DNA of 12,779 bases from an uncultured delta proteobacterium (GTDB taxonomy: Bacteria > Myxococcota_A > Polyangia > Palsa-1104): positions 1 to 12,779 of the forward strand of contig CAWAWS010000043.1 of the NCBI GenBank assembly GCA_963785725.1, given 5' to 3'. The notes under the pieces are model-generated. The model worked only from the letters and a program-made list of their open reading frames with translations, was not told where the DNA came from and did no database searches. How positions within the stretch are numbered: position 1 is the stretch's first letter; each line of letters starts with the position of its first letter. The translations under genes were made by a program, and so were the position numbers. Shown in pieces: positions 7,332 to 12,779 of the stretch.

Positions 7332-8382
7332 TTAGCGGCCTGAAACCGAAAACGAAAGCAGCTTGGCTAAGGCGCCGGGCCAGGGCGCGGAGACGATTCC
7401 GCGGTCGGTGATGATGGCGCGGATGAGCTTGGCCGGCGTCACGTCGAAGCCGGGGTTGCGCACGCGCACGCCCGTCGGTGCCAGCTGGCGGTCGCCGATA
7501 TGCGTGACCTCGCGGCCGTCGCGCTCTTCGATGGGAATGCCGCTGCCGTCGGCGGTCTTGAGATCCACGGTCGAATAGGGCGCGGCGACGAAGAAGGGGA
7601 TGTCGTGCGCGTGCGCCAAGAGCGCGACGCCGTAGGTGCCGATCTTGTTCGCGGTGTCGCCGTTGGCGGCGATGCGATCGGCGCCGACGATGACCGATTG
7701 GATCTCGCCGCGCTGCATGAGATGCGCGGCCATGTTGTCGGTGATGACGGTGACGTCGATGCCGGAGCGCTGCAATTCCCACGCGGTCAAGCGCGCGCCC
7801 TGCAAAAACGGCCGCGTTTCGTCGGCGAAGACGCGCAAGTCGGGCCGCTTTTCGTGCGCCGAGCGGATGACGCCGAGCGCCGTGCCGTAGCCGCCCGTCG
7901 CCAGCGCGCCGGCGTTGCAGTGCGTGAGCACGTTGCCGGGCGGCAAGAGCGACGCGCCGTACTCGCCGATTTGCAGGCACATGCGCACGTCTTGCGCGTG
8001 AATGGCGAGCGCGCGCGCGTCGAGCGGATGGCGGCCGGAGTCGTACGCCGACGACGGCGCGAGCATCTCGTTCGATGGCCCAAAAGAGGTTCACCGCCGT
8101 CGGCCGCGTCGCGCGCAGCTTGGTCGCCGCCTCGGCGAGCGGCGCGCCGGTGCGCGCGGCGATGGCCATGCCGTAAGCCGCCGCGCAGCCGATCGCGGGC
8201 GCGCCGCGGACGATCATGTCGCGGATGGCGCGCGCCACTTCGTCGACGGTGCGGCAGTCGATCCACACTTCACGCTCGGGCAGGATCTTCTGATCGAGCA
8301 GCTGCAAGACGCCCGCGTCCGCGTCGTAACGCAGCGGCGACAACATCGCCGTAAAGTCGATTCCGTCGGCCGGCGACGTCAT
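7332..8382 (-). CDS. mtnA: S-methyl-5-thioribose-1-phosphate isomerase; one apparent +1 indel near 8067
   Basis: ATG 8382 overlaps the gatB stop (ATGA). Motifs [29 protein letters not shown], then after GAA CGA G ATG a frame switch to [63 protein letters not shown]. Confidence 0.93.
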
Positions 8383-9821
8383 GACAGCAGCCTCTTCAAG
8401 ATCTCGTTCACCATTTCCGGGTTCGCTTTTCCTTGCGTCGCCTTCATGACCTGGCCGACGAAATAGCCGATCAGCTTGTCGTTGCCCTTCTTGTACTGCT
8501 CGACTTGCTTGGGATTGCCGTCGACGGCCGCGCGGCACGCGACCTCGAGCGCGCCCGAGTCGGTCACCTGCACGAGCCCTTCGGCCTCGACGATTTCGCG
8601 CGCGCGCAGCTTGCCGCGTCCACATCTTCTCGAAGACGTCTTTGGCGATCTTGCCGGAGATCGTCTTGTCGGCCATGAGCCCGATCAGCTCGGCCAGAGC
8701 TGCGTCGGCGTTCACCGGCGTATGCTCGATCGATTTACCGTCGCGATTGAGCCGCGCCAAGAGCTCGACCGAGATCCAGTTGGCCGCGCGCTTTCGCGTC
8801 GGCGCCGCCGACGCACGACCGCCTCGAAATAGTCGGCGATCGACTTCTCGGCCGTGAGCACGCCGGCGTCGTAGGGCGACAGGCCGAGCTGCTCGATGAA
8901 GCGCTGCGCGCCGCGGCATCGGCAGCTCCGGCAACCCACCGCCGAGGCGCGCCGTAAGCTCGTCGGGAATGCGCAGCGGCGGCAGATCGGGCTCGGGAAA
9001 ATAGCGGTAGTCGTGCGCGTGCTCCTTGCGAGCGCATGGCGTGCGACGTGCCTTCGTCGGCGTCCCACAGGCGCGTCTCCTGCACGACGCGCTGGCCGCG
9101 CGCGAGCAAGTCCGACTGCCGCGCGATCTCGTACTCGATCGCCGCCTCGACGTTCTTGAACGAGTTGATGTTCTTGAGCTCGGCCTGCGTGCCGAGCTTC
9201 GTCTCGCCCACCGGCCGCACCGACACGTTGGCGTCGCAGCGCAGCGAGCCCTCTTCCATGTTGCCGTCGGAGATGCCGAGCTAGCGCACGAGCTGACGAA
9301 TGCGCGCGCAGATAGGCCGCCGCTTCGGCCGCCGAGCGCAGCTCGGGCTCGCTCACGATCTCGACGAGCGGCACGCCGGCGCGGTTGTAATCGACGAGCG
9401 AGTACGGCGCGCCGGCGACGTGGGTGTTCTTGCCGGCGTCCTCTTCCATGTGAATGCGCGTTGAGCCGCACCTGCGCGCGCTTCGCCGTCGACGACGAAC
9501 TGGATGCGACCGCCTTGGCACAGCGGCTCGTCGAACTGCGTGATCTGAAAACCCTTGGGCGAGTCGGGATAGAAATAATGTTTGCGCGCGAAGCGGCTGA
9601 GCGGCCGAATCGTGCACTGCACCGCCAGGCCGAGGCGCAGCGCGTACTCGACGGCCGCGCGCGACAACACCGGCAGCGTGCCCGGCAGCGCCAACGTATA
9701 CGGGATCGGTGTGCGTGTTGGGCGCGGCGCCGATAGGCGGCCGAGGCCGACGTGAACGCCTTGGTCGCCGTCGCCAGCTGCACGTGCACTCGAGGCCGAT
9801 GACCGGCTCGAAGCGCGTCAC
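8379..9821 (-). CDS. gatB: Asp-tRNA(Asn)/Glu-tRNA(Gln) amidotransferase subunit B; heavily frameshifted in this sequence (about 10 indels plus in-frame TAG at 9281-9283)
   Basis: GTG 9821. Motifs across frames: [133 protein letters not shown] at 8379. Confidence 0.93.
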
Positions 9822-11307
9822 GCGACACCGCCGAGCTCGCGGGCGCTTGGTGTGCCAATCGGTCGCGCGCTGATAGGCGCCGCCGAACGCGAACAGCGTC
9901 TCCTCGGCGAGCGGCGCGGCCAAGAGCTGCAGGCCGACCGGCAAGCCGTCGAGGAAGCCGCACGGCAGCGAGATGCCGGGAATGCCGGCGAGGTTGCAGG
10001 GGATGGTGAAGATGTCGTTCAGGTACATCGCCAGCGGGTCGCTGCGTGTTCTCGCCGAGCTTGAACGCCGGCGTCGGCGCGGTCGGCGAGGCGATGACGT
10101 CGCAGCTCGGCGAAGGCGCGCTCGAAGTCGCGCGGATGAGCGTGCGGACCTTCTGCGCCTTAGGTAATAGGCGTCGTAGTAGCCGGCGCGAAAGCGCGTA
10201 GGTGCCGAGCATGATGCGGCGCTTGACCTCGGCGCCGAAGCCGGCGTCGCGCGTCTGCGGCGTACATCGCGCGTTGAGGCCGCGCGCGTCCTTGACGCGA
10301 GGCCGTAGCGGACGCCGTCGTAGCGCGCCAGGTTCGACGAGGCCTCGGCGGTGGCGATGATGTAGTAGGCGGCGATGCCGTGCTCGCGTGTGCGGCAGCT
10401 CGACGTCGACGCGAGCGGGCGCCGAGCGCGACCAGCTCGTCGAGCGCGCGCGCGACGACGCGCTCGACCTCGGCGCGTCGAGCCCGTCGAGCCGAAGTAC
10501 TCGTCGGGCACGCCGACGCGCAGGCCGGCGATGTCGCGCTTGCAGGCGCGCGCGATAGTCGGGCACGGGCCGGTCGAGCGCGGTCGCGTCGTGCGGATCG
10601 ACGCCGGCGATCGACCTCGAGCACGAGCGCGCAGTCGCGCGCCGATGCGGCCGAGCGGGCCCGGCTGATCGAGCGAGCAGGCGAAGGCGATCACGCCGTA
10701 GCGCGAGACGCGACCGTAGGTCGGCTTGAGGCCGACGACGCCGCAGAGCGCGGCGGGCTGACGGATCGAGCCGCCGGTGTCGGTGCCGAGCGCGCCGAGC
10801 GCATAAGTCGCGCCGCGACGGCGGCCGCCGAGCCGCCCGACGAGCCGCCGGGCACGCGCGTCGAGTCCCACGGGTTGCGCGTGATGCCGTAGGCCGAGTT
10901 CTCGTTGGACGAGCCCATGGCGAACTCGTCCATCGTTGGTCTTGCCGAGCATGACCGCGCCGGCTTTCTCGAGCTTGCGCGACGACGGTGCCGTCGTAAG
11001 GCGGGATCCAGCCCTGCAGGATCTTGCTGCCGGCGGTGGTCTCGATGCCTTTGGTGACGAACAGATCTTTGAGCGCGATGGGGACGCCGGCGAGCGGGCC
11101 TGGATCTTCGCCGCGCGCGATCAGGCCGTCGATGGCGGCGGCGCGCACGCGGGCGCCTTCGACGTCGACGCGATAGTAGCAGCCGAGCGCGCCGTCGACG
11201 GCGGTGATGCGCTTGATGAAGGCGTCGGTGGCCTCGCGCGCGCTCACGCGGCGGCCGCGAATGGCGCTGGCGAGCTCGAAGGCGCCTAGCTCGACGGGCG
11301 AGATCAC
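9818..11307 (-). CDS. gatA: Amidotransferase subunit A (amidase signature); heavily frameshifted in this sequence
   Basis: GTG 11307 overlaps the gatC stop. Motifs across frames: [134 protein letters not shown]. Reconstructed end ...PELGGVA-TGA (9818-9820) overlaps the gatB GTG. Confidence 0.93.
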
Positions 11308-11612
11308 TCGGCGACCTCGATGATCTTGGGGACTTCGAAGTAGCCGTCGTGGCGGCGCGGCGCGTCGGCGAGCGCTTCGTTGAGCGGCAGATGCGGCTCG
11401 AGGCGCTCGAGCACGTCGTCGCGCAAGGTCAGCTCGACCGGCACCGCGTGCGTCGTCGGCTCGACATTGCTGACGTCGAGCTTGGCCAGCGACTCCATGT
11501 AGCCCAAGATGGCGTCGAGCTCGCGCGTCAGCCGCGTCACCTCGCCCTCGTCGAGCTCGAGCCGCGCCAACAGCGCCGTCTGCCGCACCTCCTCCGCCGT
11601 GATCTTGCTCAT
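11304..11612 (-). CDS. gatC: Amidotransferase subunit C
   Basis: [20 protein letters not shown]...[23 protein letters not shown]...LRDD...[19 protein letters not shown]; intact and directly upstream of gatA. Confidence 0.96.
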   Translation of the reverse strand: MSKITAEEVRQTALLARLELDEGEVTRLTRELDAILGYMESLAKLDVSNVEPTTHAVPVELTLRDDVLERLEPHLPLNEALADAPRRHDGYFEVPKIIEVAE

Positions 11613-11622
11613 GAAGGCGGTA

Positions 11623-11652
11623 AAGCTAGCACAGCCGCGACGGCCGAATCCA
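11623..11652 (-). promoter_or_regulatory. Putative extended -10 promoter for gatCAB (short-leader or leaderless)
   Basis: Minus strand TGC-TAGCTT (11631-11623) ends 10 nt before the gatC ATG, with weak -35-like TGGATT 18 nt upstream and no SD (TACCGCCTTC ATG). Confidence 0.45.
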
Positions 11653-11667
11653 CGCGCGCGGTCGCGT

Positions 11668-12779
11668 TCAGTTGGGCGGTGGCGTGGGGACGATCGGCGG
11701 CAGCGGCGCGCGCACCAGATCGTGCGTATTCAGATCGCCGTTGACCACCTCGACCAAGAAGTCGCTGGCTCCGGGAATCCCCATGACGTAGTTCGACGAC
11801 GACGCCACCCACTGCGCGTGATGCCGCAGCTGATCGAGCACGACGATGCGGTTCTCGATGCCGTCGAAGGCGTGATCGTCGTCGCAGATGATGCGACCGT
11901 CGGCAAGCAGGCCATACGTGCGCACGTTGAGCGCGAGCGGCACTTTGGTGCCGCCGGCCACACCAGGCGCGGGCAGCGTCAGGCTCATGAGCTCGCCCGC
12001 GCCCGTGTCTTGCGCCGAATCTTCGAGCCAGTTCAGCTGCGTCGCGTTGTTGTAGATGGAGAGTCCGGTGCCGCGCTCCATGAACTTGAAGTCGGCGCCG
12101 CCGCTGCGCGACGCGAGCCAGCCGTCGCCGGCGCCGTGCACGAAGAGCGTCGCCGGATCGGTCGAATAAAAGACGGTGTCGTCGGGATTCGGTCGAGGCT
12201 GAGCAGTCGCTTCGTCCCCAAGTCGTAGACCTCTTGCGGCGGCGCCGAATGGTCGAGCGGCACTTTGTGGATGCTCGTGTCCGAGTTGTAATAGACGAAG
12301 CCGTTGTTGATCCAAAAGTTCGTCGCGTCGCAGACTTCGTTGGTGAGGATGACCTCGGGTGACTTGCCGTCGACGGCGAAGACGCGCACGCCGTCCACGC
12401 CGCAGCTGGCCAAGCTCGAGTTCGTGACCCAAGCCATCGAGTGCGTGCGAATGCCGAGATCGATGTCGGTGTTGTCGACGGCGCTGTGACCGACGAGGCG
12501 GTTGTCCTCGTCCATGTCGTAAAATGTCTGGCCCTGACCGGCGTCCCAAAAGAAGTAGCCCTTGCCGTAGGGATTGAGCGGGCTCACGCCTTTGGGCCAG
12601 GGAATGATGCGCCGAAAGCCGGTGTCGCGGCGCTGCAGGACGTAACCCGGCAACGCGCTGTCGCTGACCATGTAAGTGAAGACGTTGTCCTCGCCGCCGC
12701 CGACGAACAGGAGCGCGCCGCCGGCCGGCTCGATGTACTTCTGCCCCACTTTGTCGCCGGGCGAGCGGATGGTCAGCAT
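11668..12779 (-). CDS. Hypothetical beta-rich (propeller-like) protein, probably 5'-partial; one apparent -1 indel near 12191
   Basis: ORF 12033..12779 reads protein-like up to ...LGTKRLLSLD, and ORF 11668..12549 reads protein-like from PNPDDTVFYSTD onward. Junction CTC GAC CG AAT CCC lacks one base. The joined ~370 aa has short beta-strand/Gly-Asp turn units (VRVFAVDG, FVYYNSD..IHKVPLD, LNWLED, IVVLD) and a Pro-rich C-tail. Confidence 0.7.
   Translation of the reverse strand, partial: ADHPLARRQSGAEVHRAGRRRAPVRRRRRGQRLHLHGQRQRVAGLRPAAPRHRLSAHHSLAQRREPAQSLRQGLLLLGRRSGPDILRHGRGQPPRRSQRRRQHRHRSRHSHALDGLGHELELGQLRRGRRARLRRRRQVTRGHPHQRSLRRDELLDQQRLRLLQLGHEHPQSAARPFGAAARGLRLGDEATAQPRPNPDDTVFYSTDPATLFVHGAGDGWLASRSGGADFKFMERGTGLSIYNNATQLNWLEDSAQDTGAGELMSLTLPAPGVAGGTKVPLALNVRTYGLLADGRIICDDDHAFDGIENRIVVLDQLRHHAQWVASSSNYVMGIPGASDFLVEVVNGDLNTHDLVRAPLPPIVPTPPPN

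Noticed and set aside
9281..9283. In-frame TAG in gatB as stop-codon reassignment or pyrrolysine
   Set aside because: TAG is the genuine terminator of rpmA (6298) and the PilZ gene (6994), no internal TAG was seen in the intact genes, and this one lies in the error-dense region.
6994..11307. 1437-aa ORF appearing to fuse GatA, GatB parts, MtnA and PilZ
   Set aside because: Artefact of multiple indels in GC-rich, stop-poor DNA. It alternates real motif segments with Arg/Ala-rich off-frame text, and each gene has its own start and stop.

Overview
High-GC bacterial DNA, most consistent with Myxococcota (inferred from the gene families). Every credible gene is on the minus strand. In transcription order (right to left): an unassigned beta-rich protein cut by the right edge; gatC-gatA-gatB-mtnA followed by a stand-alone PilZ protein; rplU-rpmA-obgE; then a separately promoted, tightly coupled operon of three predicted Sec-exported proteins. 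These are a 256-aa coiled-coil/beta-sandwich protein, a 763-aa TPR plus coiled-coil protein, and a >680-aa TPR protein that runs off the left edge and is missing from the ORF track. The operon resembles the 5' end of a Glt/Nfs-paralogous (GltC/GltD-like) envelope machinery cluster and is the most interesting item. gatA and gatB each carry roughly ten or more single-base indels (gatB also an in-frame TAG); mtnA, obgE and the right-edge gene carry one each. The pattern looks like assembly or consensus error rather than true decay. No RNA genes, mobile elements or CRISPR arrays were seen.
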